A stretch of DNA of 64,000 bases from Candidatus Iainarchaeum sp. (GTDB lineage Archaea > Iainarchaeota > Iainarchaeia > Iainarchaeales > JAXPJC01). The DNA is taken from assembly GCA_016187745.1 (NCBI GenBank), contig JACPJC010000003.1, positions 1 to 64,000 on the forward strand. The letters run 5' to 3'. The notes under the pieces are model-generated. The model had not been told where the DNA came from, made no database searches, and worked only from the letters and a program-made list of their open reading frames with translations. Numbering within the stretch: position 1 is the first letter of the stretch; each line of letters opens with the position of its first letter. This document shows, piece by piece, positions 27,710 to 36,302 of this stretch. The translations under genes and the position numbers were made by a program.

Positions 27710-28072
27710 GAAATGCTCAATATCTCTGGTTATTATAAATTCACATCCTGCCTTCTTCGCTAGAATGCAATGCAGGGCATCCTTCCAGTTTTTATGGAAT
27801 TTTGCTTCCTGTTCATCTTTATCTTCAGCATCTACTTGAATGAGTTTGTTTTTGTTTATCAAATCATCAAACAGGCATTCGGCTCTTGCCCTGAAACCAT
27901 TTCTTGCTTTGATTTCACGCAGAAGCAGATCGCTCAAAATAATCTCAAACTCACATTTTAGAGTTCTCTGGAAAATGCGGAATGCAAATTCGCCCAGAGG
28001 CCTTATCCCATCAGTACGTTCTCCAAAATAGTCAAGATACACATTAGCATCAACATAAATCCTCGTGCTCAT
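27662..28072 (-). CDS. PIN-domain (VapC-like) ribonuclease
   Basis: YVDANV, DALHCILA, ITRDIEHF; shares DGIRPLGEFAFR with the PIN at 13913. Confidence 0.88.
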   Translation of the reverse strand: MSTRIYVDANVYLDYFGERTDGIRPLGEFAFRIFQRTLKCEFEIILSDLLLREIKARNGFRARAECLFDDLINKNKLIQVDAEDKDEQEAKFHKNWKDALHCILAKKAGCEFIITRDIEHFSSFSDILKAKLPEQV

Positions 28073-28180
28073 TTAAGAATTGGCTTTCAGGGCTTTTTAA
28101 TCAGTTTCGGGAGCAGATTTCCGCTGAATGTTTTTAAACTGGTTCAGAGTCCAGAACTGCACCAAAAGCTATTTAAAGCC

Positions 28181-28198
28181 ATAATTACAGGTAATTAT
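28181..28198. promoter_or_regulatory. Palindromic operator ATAATTAC-ag-GTAATTAT
   Basis: Perfect 8-bp inverted repeat between a TTTAAA box and the RHH ATG at 28207. Confidence 0.55.
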
Positions 28199-28206
28199 AA
28201 GAAAGC

Positions 28207-28428
28207 ATGAAAAGCAACAGGAAAGAATATAAGTCTGTAATGATTCCAAAACCGCTTGCTGAGAAAGCGCAGGAATTGATAAAAGGCACTGGTTTTACTT
28301 CCCTCCCGGATTTTGTTGAATTTTTATTGAGGGAGGTACTGACAGAAAAGCACAAAAAGGGGCAGGCATATACTGAAGAAGATAAAAAAAGGATAAAGGA
28401 AAGATTGAGGGCGCTCGGCTACTTGTAA
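28207..28428 (+). CDS. CopG/RHH transcriptional regulator with a C-terminal RLRALGYL tail
   Basis: SVMIPKPLAEKAQELIKGTGFTSLPDFVEFLLRE. Confidence 0.85.
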   Translation: MKSNRKEYKSVMIPKPLAEKAQELIKGTGFTSLPDFVEFLLREVLTEKHKKGQAYTEEDKKRIKERLRALGYL

Positions 28429-28440
28429 GGAATTGGAAAT

Positions 28441-29745
28441 ATGGCAGAAACGAAGGGAAAGGAATTATTGCATCCGAAGGACATGGAAGTAATTGAAAGA
28501 AGGCCTGTTCATTTGGTATGCATAGGGCATGTTGACCATGGGAAGTCAAGCGTTCTGGGAAGGCTGTTTTTCGATACGGGAAATGTTGCTGAAACCATAA
28601 TGGAGCGCATCCGCAATACCGCGAAGGAATTGGGAAGGGAAGGATATGAATTCGCTTTTGTAATGGACCAGATTAAGGAAGAGCGCATGCGCGGGATTAC
28701 AATCGGGCTGGCGCACAAGAAGCTTCTTACTGAAAGCATTTCATTCACTTTCGCTGATGCGCCCGGGCACAAGGATTTCATAAAGAACATGCTTATCGGG
28801 GCTTCGGAAGCGGATTGCGCGATTCTGGTTGTGGCCGCGGATGAGGGAATAAAAAGCCAGACGCGCGAGCATCTGTTCCTTTCAAAGATGCTTGGATTGC
28901 AGCGCATAATAATTGCCGTGAATAAGATGGATTTGGTGAATTACGGGCAGGGGGAATTTGAGAAGAGGAAAATGGAGATTGAGGCGCTGCTGAAGGAGGC
29001 GGGATACGCAAAGGAGGAAGTTCCAATTATCCCAGTAAGCGCGCTGATGGGCGACAATGTTGTGCGCAAATCAGAAAAATTGGAATGGTTCGGGGGGAGC
29101 ACGCTGTTTGAGCTGATGCAGAATCTCCCGGAAAGGAGATTGCCCACGGAACTTCCGCTGAGGATGCCTGTTCAGGATATATATGAAATTGATGGGAAAT
29201 GTGCTGTTATCGGGAGAATAAGCTCCGGAACAATTGCGGAAGGGGACAAAATAACTGCAATGCCGCAGAAAAGGGAATTCATTGCGGATGAAATTTACAT
29301 CCATAATGAAAAAGTGAAAAGCGCGGGGCCTGATGACAATGTTTATCTGTTCCTGAAGAATCTTGGAAAAAATGAAATTGAAAGGGGCGGCATAATCGGG
29401 AGGGAAGAGAGGCCCACAATGGCAAAAAGATTCCTCGCGCAAATTATTGTAATGAACCACGTGGAATCCGTGAGAGAGGGGCATGCGCAGGAATTTGACA
29501 TGCTCACGGAGCATGCAAATTCGGAAATTGCCAGGATTGTGAGGAAGATTGATTCGTGCACAGGCGCTGAAACAAAGGAAAATGCGAATGAGATTTTTGA
29601 CAATGAATCCGCCATTGTTGAAATAAAAACTGAAAAACCAATTTATATAGAGGCGCAGAACAGGATTCCCCATCTTTCAAATTTCAGGCTTGTGGAAGGG
29701 GATGTGAATATCGGGATGGGAATCTGCACTGAGGTTTTGGAATGA
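28441..29745 (+). CDS. cysN: Sulfate adenylyltransferase large subunit (EF-1alpha-like GTPase)
   Basis: GHVDHGKS, ERMRGITI, DAPGH, NKMD, SAL; in an operon with CysD. Confidence 0.75.
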   Translation: MAETKGKELLHPKDMEVIERRPVHLVCIGHVDHGKSSVLGRLFFDTGNVAETIMERIRNTAKELGREGYEFAFVMDQIKEERMRGITIGLAHKKLLTESISFTFADAPGHKDFIKNMLIGASEADCAILVVAADEGIKSQTREHLFLSKMLGLQRIIIAVNKMDLVNYGQGEFEKRKMEIEALLKEAGYAKEEVPIIPVSALMGDNVVRKSEKLEWFGGSTLFELMQNLPERRLPTELPLRMPVQDIYEIDGKCAVIGRISSGTIAEGDKITAMPQKREFIADEIYIHNEKVKSAGPDDNVYLFLKNLGKNEIERGGIIGREERPTMAKRFLAQIIVMNHVESVREGHAQEFDMLTEHANSEIARIVRKIDSCTGAETKENANEIFDNESAIVEIKTEKPIYIEAQNRIPHLSNFRLVEGDVNIGMGICTEVLE

Positions 29746-30512
29746 CAAAACTGCTTGTTGTGGGAGTTGATGGAGCGGCATGGGGCGTTATAAGGCCGAA
29801 CCTGGACAGGCTGCCGTATTTTGCGAAATTGATGCGCGAGGGAAAACACAAAAGCCTGATTGTAAAGGAGCAGGTGCTTTCCCCGAGCCTCTGGGCGACA
29901 ATTTTTTCCGGGAAGACGCTTGAAGAGCACAAGCACAGCAATTTCGTGATTGATGGGAAACTGCAGGCAAGAGATGACATAAAGGTCCCATTCATTTGGG
30001 ATTTGCTGGAGGAGAGGGGGATTGATGTGAAGGCGCTGCAAATTCCTTTCATAATGCCCCCTTACAATTTCAAATGCGAGTATATGCCAATAGGATATGG
30101 GGCAAGTAAGAACCTTAATGAACTGGAGCAGGACACTGATGCAATTACAGAAAAGGCGCTTTCAATCCTGAAGCAGAACCCTGAACTTTTCATTGTTGTT
30201 TTTTCCGCCCTTGATAAGGTGCAGCACTTCCACTGGGGCGAAGGGCTTGTGCTGGGATGGTACAAGAAAATTGACACCGCGCTCGGAATGCTGATGGGGC
30301 ATGCGGATAAAATAATTGTCGTTTCAGACCACGGCTTCTGCGCGCGCGGGGAGGCAAAGGTGCAGACTCTCCCGGAAATGAGCGCGGACGGGGAAAAACT
30401 GAAGGGCGACCATCATGAGGAGGCAATACTAATAACAAAAAATGTGAATTATGAAATCAGGGAGCACAAGGATGTTTTCAATGCGATAATGCATGAGATG
30501 GGGGAAAAATAA
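29742..30512 (+). CDS. Alkaline phosphatase superfamily protein (compact)
   Basis: VGVDGA, SPSLWATIFSG, DKVQHFHW, SDHGF, GDHH. Confidence 0.85.
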   Translation: MTKLLVVGVDGAAWGVIRPNLDRLPYFAKLMREGKHKSLIVKEQVLSPSLWATIFSGKTLEEHKHSNFVIDGKLQARDDIKVPFIWDLLEERGIDVKALQIPFIMPPYNFKCEYMPIGYGASKNLNELEQDTDAITEKALSILKQNPELFIVVFSALDKVQHFHWGEGLVLGWYKKIDTALGMLMGHADKIIVVSDHGFCARGEAKVQTLPEMSADGEKLKGDHHEEAILITKNVNYEIREHKDVFNAIMHEMGEK

Positions 30513-31204
30513 TGCAGGACTCCCTGGAAAGCCAGACCGAATTCATAATCAAGGAGGCAAAGGCGCGCTTCAGGAATCCCGTAATGCTCTGGGCGGGGGG
30601 GAAGGACTCAACAGCAATGCTGGCTGTTGCAAGAAATGCGTTCGCAAAGCTGGGAAAGCTTCCGTTCCCTGTGATGCAGCTTGATACGGGCTATAAATTC
30701 ACAGAAACCTATGGGTACATGCGCAAATACGCAAAGGAATGGGGGCTTGATTTCATACAATACAAGAATACTGATGCGCTCAAGGAAGGGGTAAGCCCTT
30801 TCACAAAGGACCATTTCTACTGCTGCACGCGCCTGAAAACGGAGGCGCTTGCAAAGGCAATCAGGGAGTATAAATTTGATGCGGTTATGCTGGGAATAAG
30901 ATGGGATGAGCACGGGGTAAGGGGGAAGGAGACATATTTTTCAAAGCGCTATGACCCCGAGCATTACCGCGTGCATCCGATGCTGAACTGGAGCGAGCGC
31001 GAGATATGGGCATATCTGAAAAAGAACAAAATTCCCTACAATCCGCTTTATGACAGGATTGAGCACGGGAATTTGGTTTACAGGAGCATTGGCTGCTGGC
31101 CCTGCACAAAGCCGATTCCCAAAGACCTGCAGGAAGAGAGGGGCGGAAGGGCATTGGACAAGGAGCAATTGATGGAGGATTTGCGCGCCCTTGGATACAT
31201 GTAG
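30512..31204 (+). CDS. cysD: Sulfate adenylyltransferase small subunit (PAPS-reductase fold)
   Basis: GGKDS, DTGYKF, LKTEAL, GIRWDE...R.KE, RVHPML.W, YRSIGCWPCT; ends LRALGYM. Confidence 0.8.
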   Translation: MQDSLESQTEFIIKEAKARFRNPVMLWAGGKDSTAMLAVARNAFAKLGKLPFPVMQLDTGYKFTETYGYMRKYAKEWGLDFIQYKNTDALKEGVSPFTKDHFYCCTRLKTEALAKAIREYKFDAVMLGIRWDEHGVRGKETYFSKRYDPEHYRVHPMLNWSEREIWAYLKKNKIPYNPLYDRIEHGNLVYRSIGCWPCTKPIPKDLQEERGGRALDKEQLMEDLRALGYM

Positions 31205-31994
31205 CGGGTGTGAAAGAATCAAATCGCTGGAATTTTTAATTGTTGTTGCTGTTGTTGGTTTTTTTGCGCAATTGGTTGATGGAACTCTTGGAATGGGCTA
31301 TGGTGTAACCTCCTCCACATTGCTTATCTCCCTCGGACTGGCGCCTGCAATAGCAAGCGCAAGCGTGCATTTCGCGGAGGTGTTCGTAGCCCTTGTATCT
31401 GGCGCCTCCCACTTCAGGCTGGGGAACGCAAGAAAGGATATTTTTGTGCCATTGACAATTTCAGGCATTATTGGCGGCATTATTGGGGCGTACTTTCTGG
31501 TGAATATTCCGAACAAGCCCATAAGCCTTGTTGTTGGGTTAATCCTGCTCGCAATGGGTCTTGTAATTCTTTACAGGTTTTTATTCGGAATGATTAAACT
31601 GAGAGACCCGAATAGGAAATATTCCGCAAAAAAGCTTTCCGTGCTTGGGTTTTTTGCGGCAATGGTTGATGCGATTGGCGGTGGCGGCTGGGGGCCCATA
31701 TGCACGCCGACGCTTGTTGTCAAAGGCGCGGAGCCTAAGCATGCAATAGGGAGCGTGAATTTGGCTGAATTTTTTGTGAGCCTGGCAATTACAATAACAT
31801 TTGTAATCCTGCTTGGCTTTGAGAAATTCAGGCCGGATATTGCAGCACTGCTGCTTGCTGCGGGAATAATTGCGGCGCCGATTGCAGCATATGCAACAAA
31901 GAAACTGCCGCATAAGACGCTTGGAATTCTTGTCGGGATTATTGTAATAGCGCTGAGCGCAAGGATAATTGCAAAGGCGATTGGAATTGTTTAA
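31191..31994 (+). CDS. TSUP (TauE/SafE) family transporter
   Basis: AQLVDGTLGMGYG, ASASVH.AE, DAIGGGGWGP, IGSVNLAEF; start uncertain. Confidence 0.88.
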   Translation: MDTCSGCERIKSLEFLIVVAVVGFFAQLVDGTLGMGYGVTSSTLLISLGLAPAIASASVHFAEVFVALVSGASHFRLGNARKDIFVPLTISGIIGGIIGAYFLVNIPNKPISLVVGLILLAMGLVILYRFLFGMIKLRDPNRKYSAKKLSVLGFFAAMVDAIGGGGWGPICTPTLVVKGAEPKHAIGSVNLAEFFVSLAITITFVILLGFEKFRPDIAALLLAAGIIAAPIAAYATKKLPHKTLGILVGIIVIALSARIIAKAIGIV

Positions 31995-33481
31995 TGCGCT
32001 TTCCTGCGGAGCATATTAAATAAAACTGCCCTGTCCTGCGCATTTATTTCCCTTATTGCAAAGAGGATTGCTGCATAAAGCGCAGCAAGCGCAAGGTATT
32101 TCACAACAAGGAGCGGCCCTGAAGCGCTCCAAATCGCGGAAATTCCATAAATCACTGCGCCTGAAAAAATAATTCTTATTGCGGATTTTAAACTCATTAG
32201 AACCCCGAATTTCCTGTATATGTAAGCTGCAGAAATGCAGAACCCAAAAAACATTGAAACTAATGCTGCGAGGGCTGCGCCCGCAATTCCATAAATTGGA
32301 ATTAGCGTATAATTAAAGGCAAATGCGAGCGCGAGCATGAATGCTGCAATGCCTGTTGCGATTTTGGGCTTCCCGGAACTCATTATTGATGTGGCAAGCA
32401 CAAGGAACAGTGAGAAAAAGGCGATTGCAAACGGAAGAATCTGCAGGGCGATTGCGCCTTGCGCATATTTTGCGGAGTAAACAAGCACAATCAGCTGCTC
32501 CGCTGTTGAGGAGAACAGGAAAACAATCGGCGCTAAAACAAGAAGGGAATAGCGCAGCGCGCTAGAGATATAGAATTTTGTTTTCCTTGAATCATTCTGC
32601 GCCGAAGCGCCTGAAACCAGCGGAAAAAGGACTGCCGCAAATGCGACAACAATCATCTGGGGAAGCTTTGAGATTGTGGTTGCAGCAGCATAATAGCCCG
32701 AAAGAAGCGCCGCGCTTGCAAGGGGGGAGAACGCCTTCACAGCAAACAAATCAATGTCTGTCCATAAATTTATCACAGCCGCAAACATTGTGACTGGCAA
32801 TGCAAATTTAAGCAGTTCTGAAAATGCGAACGGCATTTCTTTTTTCTCAAATCTTGCAATGAGCAGCGCCGCAACCAATGCGAAGAAGGCAGCTACAACA
32901 TAGCCTGTTATTGCGCCGAACAGCCCATATCCTACAAATGCGAATCCAAGGATGAAGAGGGCCTTGAAGGTATTGTAAATTATTGTCATGAGGGAATACT
33001 TCCCAAAATCCTTCAGCCCGTTCAGGCAGCCCGTGCATACTGAATAGATGGAAAACAGGAAGATTGAAAGTGCGGAAATTTCAATAAGCGGGGCAAGGCT
33101 TAAATCATTAAGCAGGATTGCAATCGGCCTTGCAAGCAGGAAAAACGCAACTGATGCGGCAAGGGAAATCGCGCCGAGTGCAACGAGCGCCCTTCTCTTT
33201 ATTGCGTATGCAAGCTCGTGCCTTGCGGAAACGAATTTTGAGATGCTCTGCTCTATTCCTGAGGCAAGGATTGAAACGACTATTGAAACAAGCGCGATTA
33301 CAATCGCATAATTCCCGAACTGCTCAGGCGTTAAGAGAAAGCGCGCGAGCGCAATGTAAATTATATAGCCTATCAGGAAGAAATAAAGCCTTGAAATCAC
33401 AACATAAAGGGTGCCCTTCTCAATGCTTGCGGGCTTGGGGTTCATAAGGGCATTTATGCCCTTATTTTCAATGCCGGACAT
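31991..33481 (-). CDS. Wzx/MOP-family polysaccharide flippase
   Basis: LARFLLTPEQFG.Y, GYYAAA, LIPIYGIAGAALA; many TMs. Confidence 0.9.
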   Translation of the reverse strand: MSGIENKGINALMNPKPASIEKGTLYVVISRLYFFLIGYIIYIALARFLLTPEQFGNYAIVIALVSIVVSILASGIEQSISKFVSARHELAYAIKRRALVALGAISLAASVAFFLLARPIAILLNDLSLAPLIEISALSIFLFSIYSVCTGCLNGLKDFGKYSLMTIIYNTFKALFILGFAFVGYGLFGAITGYVVAAFFALVAALLIARFEKKEMPFAFSELLKFALPVTMFAAVINLWTDIDLFAVKAFSPLASAALLSGYYAAATTISKLPQMIVVAFAAVLFPLVSGASAQNDSRKTKFYISSALRYSLLVLAPIVFLFSSTAEQLIVLVYSAKYAQGAIALQILPFAIAFFSLFLVLATSIMSSGKPKIATGIAAFMLALAFAFNYTLIPIYGIAGAALAALVSMFFGFCISAAYIYRKFGVLMSLKSAIRIIFSGAVIYGISAIWSASGPLLVVKYLALAALYAAILFAIREINAQDRAVLFNMLRRKAH

Positions 33482-33482
33482 T

Positions 33483-34769
33483 TTAATGACCGATCCCTTT
33501 GTAAATAATGCCCTTTGCGGTTATTGCGCTTTTATCAAGGCAGTTGCGCGCGTCAATCACCGCCTTTACACCCATTGATTTGAGCTTTTGTGCAGTAAGC
33601 GCAGAAACAAATTCCTTGTGGTGCGTTGCAAGTATTATGCAGTCTGCATTTTTAATTGCGGCATCAATTGAAGCGCAATTGCTTTTTTCCATTATGTGCG
33701 GGTCGAATATTTTCGGGGACGCGCCCTTTGATTTTAGCAGCTGCAGAATGTGGAGCGCGGGGCTTTCGCGCATGTCATCAACGTTTGCTTTATATGCCAG
33801 GCCCAGGAGCGCAATATTTGAATTCTGAAGTGTTTTATCTGATTTTTGCAATGCGCTTTCGGCAAGCAAAACAACGTGCCCGGCCATTGAGTCGTTTATT
33901 TTTCTTGCGAGCATCAGGAACTCGTGCTCAAACCCCTTTTGTTTGGCGCGCTCAATAAGATAATAGGGGTCAACGCTTATGCAGTGCCCTCCGACTCCGG
34001 GGCCTGGGTAAAAGGGCATATAGCCGAAGGGCTTTGTGCTTGCGCCCTTTATAACTTCAAGCACATCAATCCCCAGCCTGTCAAATGATTTTGCAAGCTC
34101 ATTCACAAATGCGATATTCACATCGCGGAAGGTGTTTTCAACAACTTTTACTGCCTCTGCGCATTCGATTGAGCTTAGGACAAGTATTTCTGATTTGAGT
34201 ATTGAGTTATAGAATTTTTCAGCGATTTTTGTTCCTTTGCCGCCCAGTCCGCCCAGAACGCGCGGAATGCTCTCCAAAACCCATTTCTTGTTCCCAGGGT
34301 CAATGCGTTCGGGGCAGTGCGCAAGATAAAAATCCTTTTCGGAGATTAGGCCAGATTTCTCCAGGATCGGCTTTACGATTTCGCGGACTGTTCCGGGATA
34401 AATTGTTGACTCAATAATTATCAGCTGTCCTTTATGGAGATGCTGCGCAATTGACCTGCATGCGCTTTCCAGGGGCTTCAAATCAGGAAGCTTGTTTTCA
34501 TCAATTGGAGTTGGAACGCACACAACAACAACATCTGCATTTGAGATTGCTTTTTGGGCATCTGTTGTTGCAATGATCTTTCCTTTGAGCGCCTTGACAT
34601 TTTTAACAAGGGAAGCATCCGCAATATGGCTTTTCCCTGAGTTTGTGGCTTTTACAATTGCTTCATCTATGTCAAATCCATAAACCTTGAAATTGCGCCT
34701 GGCGCACAGGCAGGCAAGTGGCAGGCCGACATATCCCAGGCCGATTATTGCAACAGTCTGCTTCGCCAT
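33483..34769 (-). CDS. UDP-N-acetylhexosamine 6-dehydrogenase (WbpA/WecC-like)
   Basis: GLGYVG, CVPTP, ESTIYPG, PERIDPG, ENTFRDVNIAF, GGHCI, YKANVDDMRESP. Confidence 0.9.
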   Translation of the reverse strand: MAKQTVAIIGLGYVGLPLACLCARRNFKVYGFDIDEAIVKATNSGKSHIADASLVKNVKALKGKIIATTDAQKAISNADVVVVCVPTPIDENKLPDLKPLESACRSIAQHLHKGQLIIIESTIYPGTVREIVKPILEKSGLISEKDFYLAHCPERIDPGNKKWVLESIPRVLGGLGGKGTKIAEKFYNSILKSEILVLSSIECAEAVKVVENTFRDVNIAFVNELAKSFDRLGIDVLEVIKGASTKPFGYMPFYPGPGVGGHCISVDPYYLIERAKQKGFEHEFLMLARKINDSMAGHVVLLAESALQKSDKTLQNSNIALLGLAYKANVDDMRESPALHILQLLKSKGASPKIFDPHIMEKSNCASIDAAIKNADCIILATHHKEFVSALTAQKLKSMGVKAVIDARNCLDKSAITAKGIIYKGIGH

Positions 34770-36209
34770 TTATTTCTCCGAGAATATTTTAAGGTTGCTA
34801 AGCCCCATCCTCAAAACCTGCAGGGGGGACCTGTGGTAATAGGACATCTGGAAATAGCCAAAGCTCAGTATGAATACCCAGTCAAAGAGTTTATTGCCTG
34901 GCAGTTTTATGAGCTGCCTTATTATAGGGGTTGTGAAGGGAAATTTCACCGCAATATAGAAGAACTTGTGCAGGTTAACCAGTTTCCCAATGTCCTTCTG
35001 CTTGAGAAGGCTTCTTGTGAAATAAGTTGTTGGGAAGCACGAGGGATCGGCATCCGGAATTATTTTTTTCTCAATCATGTCCTTTGTAATGTCCAGAAGG
35101 GGATAGGGCTGGAACACAGAGCACCAGACAAAATCAGTCCCAATCTGCTGGTTAAGCTTTACGGTTTCAAATCCCTGCTCAAGCGTTTCCCCAGGAAGGC
35201 CGAGCATATTTGTTGTGAGGAATTTGAGCTTGTGCTGCTTCAGGAGCTTTGCTGATTCAATCAGCTTTGCATTCGGGATGTTCTTTCTCAGAATTCCGTT
35301 GCGCAGCTCCTCGCTCCCTGTTTCTAATCCAACGCAAACCCTGTAGCAGCCGGCGTTTTTCAGGTTCAGCACCATTTCATCAGTCAGCAAATCAAGCCTG
35401 ACGCTGCATATGAAGGGAATTCCAATGCGCTTTTTATATTGGGCAAGGAAATCATAGAGCCAGGTTTTTTCAAGAGTGAAAAGCTCATCAACAAATGTGA
35501 AGAATTGGGGGCTGTATTTTGACTTTACCTCCTCAAGTTCCTCAATAACGTTCTGAACGCTACGCTTCCTTACGAATTTTCCCTTTCCCTTGTACATCTC
35601 CCTGAAGACATGGCTGTAGCAGAAGCTGCAGTTGAAGGGGCAGTTCCTTCCTGCGAGGGCATCAATTGAGGTTGCATTATCAAAATAGTGGTATTTGTCA
35701 TACAATGCGCGGTCTGCGAATGGAAGCGAGTCCAAATCCTCAACAAGCTCTCCAACGCCGTTCTTGTAGATTTTGCCCTTCTTTTTCACCCACAGCCCGG
35801 GGATGTTTGTGGGAATATTTGCAATGCCGGGCTTTTTCTCGAGTTTTTTGCAGAGCTCAAGCATCGGGATTTCCCCTTCCCCTACGCAGATTATGTCAAC
35901 ATCATTTTCATTTATCGTTTTTTCAGGGAAGAGCGTTGGATGAATGCTCCCGAAAACTATCGGAACATCTGGAAGCTCGCGCTTGAGCTTCCTTGCGGTT
36001 TCAATCGCCCATTCAAATTCCCCGGTTGCGGTAAGGCAGGAAAAAGCAACAACATCCGGACTTGAATTCTTTATCGAATCAACAATGTCCTTCTCATGGA
36101 ACTCCATAAAGAGCTCTGTCCCGTGGCCGTTCTTTTTAAGTACGGCGGAAATTGACATTGTGCCGAAATAGGAGTAAAATGTCTTCTGCACAAACGCGAC
36201 TTTCACCAT
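34770..36209 (-). CDS. Cobalamin-dependent radical SAM protein
   Basis: GSIHPT, GEGE, GRNCPFNCSFC, GLETG, GLPGE. Confidence 0.9.
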   Translation of the reverse strand: MVKVAFVQKTFYSYFGTMSISAVLKKNGHGTELFMEFHEKDIVDSIKNSSPDVVAFSCLTATGEFEWAIETARKLKRELPDVPIVFGSIHPTLFPEKTINENDVDIICVGEGEIPMLELCKKLEKKPGIANIPTNIPGLWVKKKGKIYKNGVGELVEDLDSLPFADRALYDKYHYFDNATSIDALAGRNCPFNCSFCYSHVFREMYKGKGKFVRKRSVQNVIEELEEVKSKYSPQFFTFVDELFTLEKTWLYDFLAQYKKRIGIPFICSVRLDLLTDEMVLNLKNAGCYRVCVGLETGSEELRNGILRKNIPNAKLIESAKLLKQHKLKFLTTNMLGLPGETLEQGFETVKLNQQIGTDFVWCSVFQPYPLLDITKDMIEKKIIPDADPSCFPTTYFTRSLLKQKDIGKLVNLHKFFYIAVKFPFTTPIIRQLIKLPGNKLFDWVFILSFGYFQMSYYHRSPLQVLRMGLSNLKIFSEK

Positions 36210-36302
36210 TTTTACCACATCAATATGTTATTTATCCGACAAATGTTTTTAAACCAAAACAATCTAATACAATCATCAAATCCGTGAATTCCATTTCACT
36301 TT

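Noticed and set aside
28441-29745. Translation elongation factor EF-1alpha
   Set aside because: Divergent C-terminal domains and an operon with CysD and TSUP favour CysN
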